Shown here: positions 9,614-18,970 of the stretch, in pieces
Layout of the letters: every line of letters begins with the position of its first letter
Numbering within the stretch: position 1 is the stretch's first letter
From: Limoniibacter sp.
GTDB taxonomy: Bacteria; Pseudomonadota; Alphaproteobacteria; Rhizobiales; Rhizobiaceae
Assembly: GCA_031422195.1 (NCBI GenBank)
Contig: JANOPZ010000031.1
Span: 29,025-93,024 of the forward strand
Length of the DNA stretch: 64,000 nt
Direction of reading: 5' to 3'
Made by a program: the position numbers and the translations under genes
Notes under the pieces: model-generated
Seen by the model: the letters and a program-made list of their open reading frames with translations, nothing else
Told to the model about the DNA's origin: nothing
The model's database searches: none

Positions 9614-10777
9614 TCACAAAAATTCTTTTATCTTTGCCATCGCTCTTTCAATGTTCTCCTCTGAATTGGCATAACTCACGCGAATAAATCCTTCGCCATG
9701 GATGCCGAAATCTGGCCCGCCGATAAGGGCGATGCCAGCCTGCTCGAGCAGGGCAGAGGCCAGCGGCTTGGCCAGCCAACCGGTTTTGCTGATATTGGGA
9801 AAGGCGTAAAATGCGCCTTTCGGTGTGATGCAGCTGACATTCGGGATGTCGTTTAGCAATCGTGTCACCAGTTTGCGGCGCTTGTCAAACGCGGCCATCA
9901 TCATCGCAACGGCGTCTTGAGGGCCATCGAGCGCGGCGATAGCGGCAAATTGGGCGGGGGCGTTGACGCAAGAGTATGAGTTTACGGCCAGTTTGTTGAC
10001 GGGTTTGACGAGGCTTTCTGGCCAAACGCTCCAGCCCAAACGCCAGCCTGTCATGGCATAGGTTTTTGACCAGCCATTGAGAATGATCAGCCGGTCGGCA
10101 ATTTCAAGGTAGCGGATCAATGAATGGTGCTGTTCGCCATCATAGACCATCTCGTCATAGATTTCGTCCGATAAAATTACGGCGTTGGGAAAGCGCGCAA
10201 GGCCTGCAACCAGTGCATCGATTTCAGCCTTTGGTGTGACGCCGCCCGTCGGGTTGGCTGGGGAGTTGAGAATAATCAGTTTGGTTTTGTCAGTCATTAA
10301 CGCCAGCATTTGTGCGGCGGTGAATGCAAATCCGTTTTCTTCGAGCATCCGTACGGGAATGGGCGTTGCACCCGTAAACTCTATCATCGAGCGGTAAATC
10401 GGGAAGCCGGGGTCGGGGTAAAGAATTTCTGCGCCGGGTTCGCCGAACAGCATAATTGCGGCAAACATGGCCGGTTTGCCGCCCGGCATGATGAAAATAC
10501 GGTCGGGCGAAATCTCAACGCCTTCGCGTTTGAAAATGCGGCGGGCAACAGATTCGCGCAGCGGCAAAATACCGTTGGAACCGGTGTAGCCGTGGTGGCC
10601 GTCGCGCAGCGCTTTGATGGCGGCTTCGACAATATGTTCCGGCGTTTTGAAATCAGGTTGGCCAATGCCGAGATTGATTATATCGCGGCCCTCCGCCGCT
10701 AAGTGATTGGCTCTGGCTAAAACAGCAAATGCGTTTTCTTCGCCCAGACGGCTAAAGGCTGCAACAGGTGACACCAT
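9614..10777 (-). CDS. class I/II pyridoxal-phosphate-dependent aminotransferase (aspartate/aromatic type)
   Basis: INLGIGQPDF, the NSPANPTG motif and the PLP-lysine block NGWSKTYAMTGWRLGW. The internal ATG at 10777 is preferred over the track start at 10840. Confidence 0.85.
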   Translation of the reverse strand: MVSPVAAFSRLGEENAFAVLARANHLAAEGRDIINLGIGQPDFKTPEHIVEAAIKALRDGHHGYTGSNGILPLRESVARRIFKREGVEISPDRIFIMPGGKPAMFAAIMLFGEPGAEILYPDPGFPIYRSMIEFTGATPIPVRMLEENGFAFTAAQMLALMTDKTKLIILNSPANPTGGVTPKAEIDALVAGLARFPNAVILSDEIYDEMVYDGEQHHSLIRYLEIADRLIILNGWSKTYAMTGWRLGWSVWPESLVKPVNKLAVNSYSCVNAPAQFAAIAALDGPQDAVAMMMAAFDKRRKLVTRLLNDIPNVSCITPKGAFYAFPNISKTGWLAKPLASALLEQAGIALIGGPDFGIHGEGFIRVSYANSEENIERAMAKIKEFL

Positions 10778-10840
10778 GACAAGATTCCAAATGTCGATTT
10801 GACGTGTGCTGATATGCAGTTGGCAGCAAATTGATGTCAA

Positions 10841-11554
10841 TTGAGCAATATGATGAGCAATGATCTTTCAAACTGGACACCGCGCTCACGCCCGGAGCGC
10901 ATCACGCTTGAGGGCAAACATGTGCGACTAGAGCCTATGAATGCGGTAAGGCATGGCAACGGTCTTTATACTGCCGCGACAGAAGGCGATGCTGATGGCC
11001 GGTTTCGCTATCTGTTTGATGAAATGCCAAATTCACGCGAAGAGTTTGATGTTTGGTTGGCACGGGTTGAGCAAAGCCAAGACCCATTGATGTTTGCCGT
11101 GGTCGATCAAAACACCCATGAACCTATTGGACGGCAAACCTTGATGCGGATCGACACTGCTCATGGTGTCATTGAAACCGGCAACATCCACTGGGGCCCG
11201 AAAATGCAGCGCAGCCCGCGCTCAACCGAGGCGCTTTATTTGCATGCCAGTTATGTGTTTGATGTGCTCGGCTACCGGCGGTTTGAGTGGAAATGCAACA
11301 ATAACAACTTACCGTCAAAAGTTTCAGCATTGCGGTTTGGGTTCTCGTATGAAGGCCTGTTTTGCAACCATATGGTGGTGAAAGGTGCCAACCGAGACAC
11401 GGCTTGGTTTGCCATGCTTGATAAAGACTGGCCCATGATTAAACATGCGTTTGAACTCTGGCTTACCCCTGATAATTTCGATAGCAATGGCCAACAGATT
11501 AGACGGCTGGAAACGATCAGGGAGCGGTTAAATGGCAGGCAGGTTAAAGGGTAA
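10841..11554 (+). CDS. GNAT family N-acetyltransferase (RimJ/RimL-like)
   Basis: 237 aa with the pattern HVRLEP...IG...RSPRSTEA..L...F..LGYRRFEWKC...N..S...A.RFGF..EG, typical of the Acetyltransf_3 family. The first codon is TTG; ATG 10850 is the alternative. Confidence 0.75.
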   Translation: MSNMMSNDLSNWTPRSRPERITLEGKHVRLEPMNAVRHGNGLYTAATEGDADGRFRYLFDEMPNSREEFDVWLARVEQSQDPLMFAVVDQNTHEPIGRQTLMRIDTAHGVIETGNIHWGPKMQRSPRSTEALYLHASYVFDVLGYRRFEWKCNNNNLPSKVSALRFGFSYEGLFCNHMVVKGANRDTAWFAMLDKDWPMIKHAFELWLTPDNFDSNGQQIRRLETIRERLNGRQVKG

Positions 11555-12275
11555 AATTGCGGTCGTAACGGCGGCGGGGCAGGGCATCGGGCGCGCTATT
11601 GCTGAAGCGTTCATTGCAGAGGGCGCAACTGTTTATGCGTCTGATTTGGATAAATCCAAATTGGAGGGCCTCACCAAAGCGAAAAAGCATGCGCTCGATG
11701 TAACATCAACCAAGGCCGTGCAGGCCTATGCTGCCAAAGTTGGAAGCATCGATATTCTCTGCAATGTCGCAGGCTTTGTGCACCATGGCACTTTGCTCGA
11801 TTGCGATGAGAAGGCTTGGGATTTCTCTTTTGATCTTAATGTGAAGTCGATCCACAGAATGCTGGCTGCGTTTATGCCGGGAATGTTGGCGCAGGGCGGC
11901 GGCTCAATCATCAATTTAGCGTCGGCGGCATCCTCGATAAAGGGCGCTCCGAACCGGTATGTCTATGGCGCGACAAAGGCTGCGGTTATTGGCCTTACAA
12001 AAGCCGTCGCGCAGGATTTTATTACCAAAGGAATTCGCTGTAACGCGATTTGCCCTGGAACGATTCAATCGCCGTCGCTGGATCAGCGTATTGGTCAATT
12101 GGGCGAGCAGGTTGGCGGTACAGATAAAGCGCGAGATATGTTCATTGCACGCCAGCCAATGGGGCGTATCGCGGATGCTGCCGAAATCGGTCCTCTTGCA
12201 GTTTACTTGGCTTCCAACGAAAGCCAATTTGTTACCGGCGGGGCGCATTTGATTGATGGAGGCTGGACGTTGTGA
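11532..12275 (+). CDS. SDR family oxidoreductase
   Basis: Cofactor motif TAAGQGIGRA and catalytic YGATKAAV (YxxxK). 247 aa. Confidence 0.9.
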   Translation: MAGRLKGKIAVVTAAGQGIGRAIAEAFIAEGATVYASDLDKSKLEGLTKAKKHALDVTSTKAVQAYAAKVGSIDILCNVAGFVHHGTLLDCDEKAWDFSFDLNVKSIHRMLAAFMPGMLAQGGGSIINLASAASSIKGAPNRYVYGATKAAVIGLTKAVAQDFITKGIRCNAICPGTIQSPSLDQRIGQLGEQVGGTDKARDMFIARQPMGRIADAAEIGPLAVYLASNESQFVTGGAHLIDGGWTL

Positions 12276-12478
12276 CAACTGAAGACAAAAAGTCGGCTAT
12301 TGCTGCTGCCCTTATATTGGTCTTTGTGGCATTCGGGTTGATGGCAATGCCAAAACTGGTGATCGGGCTGGCGGATGCCGTGTCGCCCTTTGCTGGTGTT
12401 GCACTGGCGCTGGCATTTATATTGGCACCGTTCGTCATTTTGTGGGTTCGCTCTAGGTACCAAAATAAGGCCAAATAA
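12272..12478 (+). CDS. small hypothetical membrane protein (68 aa, 2 predicted TM segments)
   Basis: GTG start overlaps the SDR stop (GTGA). A GGAGG lies 10 nt upstream. Its TAA abuts the next ATG (TAAATG), so it is translationally coupled on both sides. Confidence 0.5.
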   Translation: MTTEDKKSAIAAALILVFVAFGLMAMPKLVIGLADAVSPFAGVALALAFILAPFVILWVRSRYQNKAK

Positions 12479-13471
12479 ATGCGCGTTTTGATCACAGGTG
12501 CAGCTGGAATGATTGGCGCAAAGCTGGCCGCCCGTATTGCTGCTGATGGGCACGTTAGCGGCCAGATGGTTTCTGCCATGCATCTGACAGATGTTAACCA
12601 GCCACAAAAACCCGAGGCAGATTTTTTAATCACTGCGCGGGCCGCTGATTTTTCTGCCCCAAGCGAAGCCGTCCATTTGGCCAGTTTGAAACCCGATCTT
12701 GTGTTTCACTTGGCGGCAATAGTTTCCGGTGAGGCTGAAACTGATTTTGACAAAGGATATCGCATTAACTTTGACGGCACGCGCGCCTTGCTGGATGCTT
12801 TTCGTTTAACGCAAGAAAAGCCCAAGGTTATTTTTGCTTCATCAAGTGCGATATTTGGCGGACCTTACCCTGACGTTATTCCTGATGATTTTACCCCGCA
12901 GCCGCTGACATCATATGGTACGCAAAAGTTGATGGGCGAACTTTTGGTTTCAGATTTTTCGCGCAAAGGTTTCATTGATGGTGTCGCTTTGCGCTTTCCG
13001 ACGATTTGCGTGCGGCCTGGCTTGCCCAATAAAGCGGCTTCTGGTTTTTTCTCAAATATCATCCGTGAGCCGTTAGCGGGCAAAGTTGCTAAATTGCCCG
13101 TAGGCCTTGATGTCGTTCACACACACGCCTCGCCACGTTCTGCAATCGGGTTTTTACTGCATGCCGCCGCCATGGATTTAAGCCGTCTTGGCTCTCGCCG
13201 CGCAGTGACTTTACCGGGCGTCGCTGTCTCGGTTGGTGAACAAATTGGGGCGCTGACGCGGATTGCTGGCGCAAAAATTGCTCAACTGATTGTGCCAGAA
13301 CCTGATGAGATGGTTGCTAAGATCATATCTGGTTGGCCAACGCGGTTTGAGGCCAAGCGGTCACGCGAATTGGGTTTTCAAGCAGAGTCTAATTTTGACG
13401 ACATTATTCAAGCCCATATTGATGATGTACACGGCGGCGTACTGCCCGGTTACGCTAGTGAGCCAGCGTAG
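12479..13471 (+). CDS. NAD-dependent epimerase/dehydratase family protein
   Basis: N-terminal VLITGAAGMIG (GxxGxxG) and catalytic YGTQK (YxxxK). 330 aa. Confidence 0.85.
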   Translation: MRVLITGAAGMIGAKLAARIAADGHVSGQMVSAMHLTDVNQPQKPEADFLITARAADFSAPSEAVHLASLKPDLVFHLAAIVSGEAETDFDKGYRINFDGTRALLDAFRLTQEKPKVIFASSSAIFGGPYPDVIPDDFTPQPLTSYGTQKLMGELLVSDFSRKGFIDGVALRFPTICVRPGLPNKAASGFFSNIIREPLAGKVAKLPVGLDVVHTHASPRSAIGFLLHAAAMDLSRLGSRRAVTLPGVAVSVGEQIGALTRIAGAKIAQLIVPEPDEMVAKIISGWPTRFEAKRSRELGFQAESNFDDIIQAHIDDVHGGVLPGYASEPA

Positions 13472-14442
13472 AGCAGGCCAAGGCCCAAGACCAGAACCAA
13501 GCTTGCCCCAGTAATTTCAATTGCATTGCCAACCCACGTTGCGTGCGCTCCGGAAAATCTCACCGCCGCGCCTTTTGCGTAAACTGCGATGGCTGCAAGA
13601 GCCGATACCGTGATGGCGGTGCCCAGTGCCATAACCAAAACCGAGGCAAACCCCGCTGCATAAAGCCCGTTAAGCAATGCAAAACTTAAAACCACAATTG
13701 CCCCGGTACAAGGGCGCAGGCCAACAGCGGCCACAATGCCCCAAGCATCGCGAAGTGACACGCTTTTTCCCGTTAGTTGAGTTGGGTCCGGCGCGTGGGA
13801 ATGGCCGCAGCTTTCGCAAACCATGCCTTCGCCTGAATGTTTGTGATGGGCATTATCGTGATGGGCATGATTTTGATGAGCATGATCGTGATGGGCATGA
13901 TTTTTATGAGCATGCGCGGATGTGTTACCGTTTAGTTTGCGCCATAATAAAAGCGCGCCTATCCCCGCAATCATGGCATAGCTGGCCATTTCCAAGAACC
14001 ATCCGGCATCAGTCATCGTGAGTGCAGCGCCGCGTAAAATCAGAAATCCGGCGCCCACCAAGACTATAGCAGATATCGCCTGCGCCAATGACGAGGCAAA
14101 TGACAGTATGATACCGCGCTTTAGCGCGACTTCATTGGCAAACATGTAGCTGGAAATCACTGCCTTGCCGTGACCGGGGCCGGCGGCATGGAAAATACCA
14201 TAAGCAAATGACAGACCGATCAAAGTGAGTGTGCCGCCGGTACCGCCATCACGGATCAGTTTGAGTGCGGCCTGCAATGCGCGGAAAAAATACTGCTGCT
14301 GGGCGTAAATCCAGCCAAAAATGCCGCCTAAGGCAGGAGCGGGAGAAACCTCATTAGTGCCTATGCCCAGAGACGATTGAGCCTGAGCAATCGTAAATGT
14401 TGCAAGTATAAATATGCCGGCCCAAAAAATACGCTTCAGCAT
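13450..14442 (-). CDS. NicO/RcnA-like nickel/cobalt (divalent metal) transporter with a His-rich loop
   Basis: Polytopic membrane protein with the signature HAAGPGHGK, a central loop HAHKNHAHHDHAHQNHAHHDNAHHKH and a CESCGHSH motif. Confidence 0.8.
   Translation of the reverse strand: MLKRIFWAGIFILATFTIAQAQSSLGIGTNEVSPAPALGGIFGWIYAQQQYFFRALQAALKLIRDGGTGGTLTLIGLSFAYGIFHAAGPGHGKAVISSYMFANEVALKRGIILSFASSLAQAISAIVLVGAGFLILRGAALTMTDAGWFLEMASYAMIAGIGALLLWRKLNGNTSAHAHKNHAHHDHAHQNHAHHDNAHHKHSGEGMVCESCGHSHAPDPTQLTGKSVSLRDAWGIVAAVGLRPCTGAIVVLSFALLNGLYAAGFASVLVMALGTAITVSALAAIAVYAKGAAVRFSGAHATWVGNAIEITGASLVLVLGLGLLYAGSLA
13855..13914. repeat. 30-bp tandem duplication inside the His-rich loop coding region of the NicO-type transporter
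   Basis: atcgtgatgggcatgattttgatgagcatg / atcgtgatgggcatgatttttatgagcatg are identical at 29 of 30 positions. On the minus strand they encode HAH(Q/K)NHAHHD twice. Confidence 0.8.
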
Positions 14443-15155
14443 TTGGCTTCCAAACGCGTCGCGAACATTTTTGAAAAATCGCTCATGCCTTGCTCTTTAT
14501 CTGAGAAAAACTGCTCGGTGAGCGTGCTTTCATTTTGTGCGATGGCCTCATCGGGATCGGGCCGGACCACTTTGAAAGCACAGGTTTCTGGAAACCCTTG
14601 CCCTGACAAGTCGGTGTCATTGATGAAATCGAGCGATGTATAGAAAGTTTCATCAAAAATACCGAACATCAAATCACCTGACAAAGCCACCTCGCTCGAT
14701 GGCTTTGATTCAAAGATTAAAATCATTTGCGGCCCGTCAAAACCGATTGTCATCTCGCCCGGTACTGTCATTTTAACTTCGCGGCCATTATCATAGACGT
14801 TTTGGAAGTAATTGAACTGGGCGGTCGACTTTTTGATGGTGGCGCCAATGGCCGCCAATTCACCATCACTCAGTTTATTGTCGCCGTCTTTGTCAAATTC
14901 AAGTTGAACGGTGGAGGAGAAAAATTCGTCAAACCGCCAAACATGGCGCAGTGCTTCTAATTTACCGGCATTGCCAATGACTTCTGTGCGCGTTTCAGCA
15001 AAAACATGCGGATGCGCGAGTGCTGTTGAAGCAACGCATAACAATAAAGCCGTGGCTATGAATTTAGAAAATGGGTGAACCACGCCTGACCGCCGATCTC
15101 GTTTACAGCGCAATAGTTGCAAATCGGGGCGGATTTGTGAATCCCTAAAACGCAA
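14436..15155 (-). CDS. DUF1007 family periplasmic protein (partner of the NicO-type transporter)
   Basis: Signal peptide ...ALLLCVASTALA followed by HPHVF, the usual mature N-terminus of DUF1007. It overlaps the downstream transporter start by 7 nt. The start is uncertain (TTG 15155 or GTG 15083). Confidence 0.7.
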   Translation of the reverse strand: MRFRDSQIRPDLQLLRCKRDRRSGVVHPFSKFIATALLLCVASTALAHPHVFAETRTEVIGNAGKLEALRHVWRFDEFFSSTVQLEFDKDGDNKLSDGELAAIGATIKKSTAQFNYFQNVYDNGREVKMTVPGEMTIGFDGPQMILIFESKPSSEVALSGDLMFGIFDETFYTSLDFINDTDLSGQGFPETCAFKVVRPDPDEAIAQNESTLTEQFFSDKEQGMSDFSKMFATRLEAKC

Positions 15156-15158
15156 ATA

Positions 15159-16061
15159 CTACATGCGAGGCATGTTATGCTTGATCCAGTTGGCAAGAAA
15201 ATCGACAAATGTGCGCACACGCGCTGTTAAATAGCGGCGATGGGGATACACAACATAAATACCACGATTATTTGGCAGATCTTCGCAAAAAAGACGCACC
15301 AGACGGCCAGCTGCAAGATCCGATGCTGCAATAATATCGGGCACCATGCCAAAGCCCGCCCCTGAAACAACGGCGCGGCGCATCACTTCCGGGCTATTTG
15401 CTTCGATCACAGCTTTAACGGTGACGGCGTATTTTTCCTTTTTGCTGTTTACGAACTGCCAAACATTGCGCGATTTACCGTTGGTATCGATCACGCAAGG
15501 TTTGTTGCCCAATTCCTGCGGACTGGCAGGATGGCCATAGGTGTCGATGAGTTTGGGTGATGCGTAAATAGAAACACTAAAATCGCCCAAGCGGCGGGCA
15601 ATCAACGAGGAGTCTGTCATTTCGGCAACCCTGATTGCCATATCGAAGCCCTCTTCGACCAAATCCACGATCCTGTCGTCGAGAGAAATATCGAGTGCGA
15701 TATCTGGATATTGTTTTGCAAAATCGACAAAGGCCTGACCGAACACAGAATCGGCCAGTGTGCGCGGGGCTGAAAGGCGAATCCGCCCTGAAACGTTACC
15801 GCTTTTCTGGCGCACAATATCTTGTAAATCATCAATATCCCGCAAAATCTCGGTGACCCTTGCGTAATATTCATGCCCGGCTTCTGTCAGCGAAAACTGG
15901 CGCGTCGTGCGGTTGATCAACAACGTCGATAAATCGTCTTCGAGCTCCCGGACATATTTTGATAAAAGCGCTTTAGACCTCCCAATACGGCGCGCTGCAG
16001 AAGAATAACCTTCCGCTTCAACCACATCTTTGTAAGCCCGCATTCGGGTGAGGGTATCCAA
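15159..16061 (-). CDS. LysR family transcriptional regulator
   Basis: N-terminal wHTH (YSSAARRIGRSKALLSKYVRELEDDL, then TRQFSLTEAG) and a LysR substrate-binding C-terminal domain. 300 aa. Confidence 0.9.
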   Translation of the reverse strand: MDTLTRMRAYKDVVEAEGYSSAARRIGRSKALLSKYVRELEDDLSTLLINRTTRQFSLTEAGHEYYARVTEILRDIDDLQDIVRQKSGNVSGRIRLSAPRTLADSVFGQAFVDFAKQYPDIALDISLDDRIVDLVEEGFDMAIRVAEMTDSSLIARRLGDFSVSIYASPKLIDTYGHPASPQELGNKPCVIDTNGKSRNVWQFVNSKKEKYAVTVKAVIEANSPEVMRRAVVSGAGFGMVPDIIAASDLAAGRLVRLFCEDLPNNRGIYVVYPHRRYLTARVRTFVDFLANWIKHNMPRM

Positions 16062-16121
16062 GCCAATCTCCTGCGATCGTCAGAGATCAATAACACAAGT
16101 CTTGGTGAAATTATCATCCAT

Positions 16122-16137
16122 TTTACGTCAACGTAAA
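16122..16137. promoter_or_regulatory. candidate LysR-type operator (perfect inverted repeat TTTACG-N4-CGTAAA)
   Basis: TTTACGTCAACGTAAA lies about 60 bp upstream of the LysR start and fits the T-N11-A LysR box logic. Sequence pattern only. Confidence 0.3.
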
Positions 16138-16184
16138 GAAAGCAATGCGTCAAAACTTTGGGGTGTGAAGATTATAATTGCGTT

Positions 16185-17204
16185 CTAGCCTTGCGATGCC
16201 GGACCAATGGATTCGCGGACAATTAGATCAACAGGCCAAACTTCGCCGTCGGTTGTTGGTGCGTCGATGCCTGCAACCAGACGCTGCATCGCACGCACCC
16301 CGGCTGCGCGGATTGATGAGCGGGTGGTCGCCAAAGGTACTCTGAAGTTTTCGGGTTTTAGATACGGAATCACGTCATCATGGGCGAGAAGCGAAACATC
16401 ACTGCCAATTTTTAGGTTTCTATCATAGATGGCACGCACGGCTCCGAGCGCAATAAAAAGCGATGCGCATAAAATTGCTGTTGGCGCATTTGCCCGATCC
16501 AACATTTTGGCTGTTATCCGGTAGCCGTATTCATCTGTCATCTCACCGTTGGTAATTAAAGCCGGGTCCACTTCAATATTGTTCTCGGCTAAAGCATCCA
16601 TGACGCCCAACGCACGATCATTGGCAAAATTCAAATTGCCGAGGCCATTGATAAAACCAATTTTGCGATGACCCAGACCAATCAAAAGCCGGGCAGCTTC
16701 AAAAAAAGCGCCTTTATTATCGATATCGAGAAATGGGTAAAGTTTGCTGCGTGCGCCATCACGGCCGTGAACCATGTAAGGGATATTCAGTTCATCGAGC
16801 AATGTGATGCGGTGGTCTGAAATAAATGGCGATGAAAGCAAAATACCGTCAACCTGACCACTTTGCGCTAAACGGCGAAACGTGGCTTCTTCGGTTTCCC
16901 GGGTCACGGGGCTTAGCAAGATGTCATAGCCCAAACTCATAGCAGCTTCGCCAACGCCGCTCAAGAATTCGCCGTAATGCGGGTCAGCTGATTGGCCAGC
17001 GGCGGTGCGCATGACAACAGCGATAGCGCCAGCCTTGCCGGTGGCCAAACCCCGGGCTGCATGATTGGGGCGATAGCCCATTTGCTGGGCAGCTTCACTC
17101 ACACGTTGGCGGGTGCGCACGGAAACCTCAGGGTAACCATTTAAGGCACGGCTGACTGTCGTTTGAGACAGCCCGAGATGCTCTGATAACGCTCTTAAAT
17201 TCAT
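16185..17204 (-). CDS. aglR: LacI family transcriptional repressor (AglR-like)
   Basis: N-terminal HTH LSEHLGLSQTTVSRALNG and a periplasmic-binding-protein-like sugar domain. It is divergent from the agl transporter operon, as in Sinorhizobium. Confidence 0.8.
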   Translation of the reverse strand: MNLRALSEHLGLSQTTVSRALNGYPEVSVRTRQRVSEAAQQMGYRPNHAARGLATGKAGAIAVVMRTAAGQSADPHYGEFLSGVGEAAMSLGYDILLSPVTRETEEATFRRLAQSGQVDGILLSSPFISDHRITLLDELNIPYMVHGRDGARSKLYPFLDIDNKGAFFEAARLLIGLGHRKIGFINGLGNLNFANDRALGVMDALAENNIEVDPALITNGEMTDEYGYRITAKMLDRANAPTAILCASLFIALGAVRAIYDRNLKIGSDVSLLAHDDVIPYLKPENFRVPLATTRSSIRAAGVRAMQRLVAGIDAPTTDGEVWPVDLIVRESIGPASQG

Positions 17205-17234
17205 CGGTTCTGCTCTGCTGACTTCAAATTCAAA

Positions 17235-17253
17235 TTTTAAAGCGCTTTCAAAA
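17235..17253. promoter_or_regulatory. candidate LacI-family (AglR) operator 1, core AAAGCGCTTT
   Basis: TTTTAAAGCGCTTTCAAAA. The palindromic CG-centred core is typical of LacI operators. The same AAAGCGCTTTCAAA string recurs at 17443. Confidence 0.5.
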
Positions 17254-17378
17254 AATGATCACATTTTGAATTCAGAAGCTATGGGCTGTATAGGATTTCA
17301 ACCAAGATTTTGCATGAAATTATTGCGAGACGCGAAATAATCAGAAAGAATGATTAAATAAATGCGTAAATTATAAAT

Positions 17379-17392
17379 TTCAATCGATTGAA
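17379..17392. promoter_or_regulatory. perfect 14-bp palindrome TTCAATCGATTGAA in the aglR-aglE intergenic region
   Basis: Seen directly. CG-centred like LacI/cre-type sites but a different half-site from the other two boxes. Confidence 0.3.
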
Positions 17393-17439
17393 TATTTCCC
17401 GCTTGATTTTTTCTCCGAGTTGGCCAAGGTTGTGTTTAA

Positions 17440-17456
17440 GCCAAAGCGCTTTCAAA
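17440..17456. promoter_or_regulatory. candidate LacI-family (AglR) operator 2, core AAAGCGCTTT
   Basis: GCCAAAGCGCTTTCAAA lies about 80 bp upstream of the aglE start and repeats the box at 17239. Confidence 0.5.
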
Positions 17457-17532
17457 CTGAGAATTTTCAGGGAGAGGCCAAGGCGAAACTTGGCCGGACT
17501 AGCCGGTCAAACTGTACCCGGGAGGATATTCA

Positions 17533-18879
17533 ATGTTCCGTACACTTCTTGCTGGTGCTTCAGCACTCGCGATTTTGACAGGTGCCGCTTCAGCCGAAAT
17601 GGTTTTCAAACCAGGCGAAGGCGCATTTAACTGGCAAAGCTACAATGATTTTGATGCCAAATATAATCTTGATGGCCAGACCATTAAAATGTTTGGCCCA
17701 TGGCGCGGCGAAGACCAGAAACTGGTCGAAAATGTTTTGGCTTATTTTACCGCTGCATCCGGCGTTAAAGTTGAATACTCATCGTCGGAAAACTACGAGC
17801 AGCAGATTGTTATTGATACTCAGGCTGGTTCGCCGCCCGATATCGCAGTTTTGCCACAGCCCGGTCTGATTGCTGATTTGGCTTCAAAAGGCCTGATTAT
17901 GCCGCTTGGCGCAGAAACTGAAAAATGGTTGGCTGATAATTATGCAGCAGGTCCATCGTGGGTTAACCTCGGCACCTATAATGGCGCCGACGGCAAGCCC
18001 GCACTTTATGCGCTTCCTTACAAAATCGACGTGAAGTCTTTGGTTTGGTATTCACCAGACACTTTCAAAGATGCTGGCTATGAAGTGCCTGCAACTATGG
18101 AAGATCTCAAAGCCCTGACCGACAAGATTGTTGCCGATGGCGGCACACCTTGGTGCATTGGTTTGGGTTCAGGCGGTGCAACCGGCTGGCCGGCAACCGA
18201 CTGGGTTGAAGACATGATGCTGCGCACGCAATCTCCTGAGACCTATGATAAATGGGTCAAAAATGAGATTCCATTCAATGACCCGGCTGTTGTGGCTGCC
18301 ATTGAAGAGTTCGGCTATTTTGCCCGCAACGATAAATATGTTGCCGGCGGCGCAGCTGCGGTTGCATCAACCGATTTCCGCGATTCACCAAAAGGTCTGT
18401 TTTCTTCACCACCACAGTGCTACATGCACCGTCAGGCATCGTTCATTCCAGCATTCTTCCCAGAAGGCACAAAAGTTGGAACAGACGCAGACTTCTTCTA
18501 CTTCCCAGCCTACGCCGGTAGAGACTTCGGCAAGCCGGTTCTTGGTGCGGGCACACTCGCCTTCATCACCAAAGAAGGTGAAGGCGCACGCGCGTTCATC
18601 GAATTCTTGAAGACACCAATCGCACACGAAGTTTGGATGGCGCAGTCTGGTTTCTTGACACCATTAAAATCAGCCAATGTTGAGCTTTATGGCAATGCAG
18701 GCTTGAAAAAACAGGGTGAGATTCTGCTTGGTGCAACAACATTCCGCTTTGACGCATCAGATTTGATGCCAGGCGCTGTTGGTGCAGGTTCATTTTGGAC
18801 AGGCATGGTTGACTACACTGGCGGAAAAGCTGCCGCTGATGTGGCCGCCGGTATCCAAGCCTCTTGGCCAAAGAAATAG
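17533..18879 (+). CDS. aglE: alpha-glucoside ABC transporter substrate-binding protein
   Basis: 448 aa with signal peptide MFRTLLAGASALAILTGAASA and an SBP family 1 pattern. It is the first gene of an E-F-G-glucosidase-K arrangement identical to aglEFGAK. Confidence 0.8.
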   Translation: MFRTLLAGASALAILTGAASAEMVFKPGEGAFNWQSYNDFDAKYNLDGQTIKMFGPWRGEDQKLVENVLAYFTAASGVKVEYSSSENYEQQIVIDTQAGSPPDIAVLPQPGLIADLASKGLIMPLGAETEKWLADNYAAGPSWVNLGTYNGADGKPALYALPYKIDVKSLVWYSPDTFKDAGYEVPATMEDLKALTDKIVADGGTPWCIGLGSGGATGWPATDWVEDMMLRTQSPETYDKWVKNEIPFNDPAVVAAIEEFGYFARNDKYVAGGAAAVASTDFRDSPKGLFSSPPQCYMHRQASFIPAFFPEGTKVGTDADFFYFPAYAGRDFGKPVLGAGTLAFITKEGEGARAFIEFLKTPIAHEVWMAQSGFLTPLKSANVELYGNAGLKKQGEILLGATTFRFDASDLMPGAVGAGSFWTGMVDYTGGKAAADVAAGIQASWPKK

Positions 18880-18896
18880 GCTAAACGTTTGATAAG

Positions 18897-18922
18897 CAGG
18901 CCGGGTGCACTTGCCCGGCCTG
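18897..18922 (+). other. intercistronic stem-loop after the binding-protein gene
   Basis: CAGGCCGGG-tgcacttg-CCCGGCCTG forms a 9-bp GC stem with no T-run. The position after the SBP gene is typical of mRNA-stabilising or attenuating hairpins. Confidence 0.5.
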
Positions 18923-18970
18923 TAAATTGGTATTGAATAAGTTGAACGGCAATAGTTCTGGGAGGGGCGA

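Noticed and set aside
13801-13925. Repetitive CAT/GAT-rich DNA considered as a possible CRISPR or satellite array
   Set aside because: It is in frame within the transporter gene and encodes the His-rich loop. There are only two tandem units and no spacer structure.
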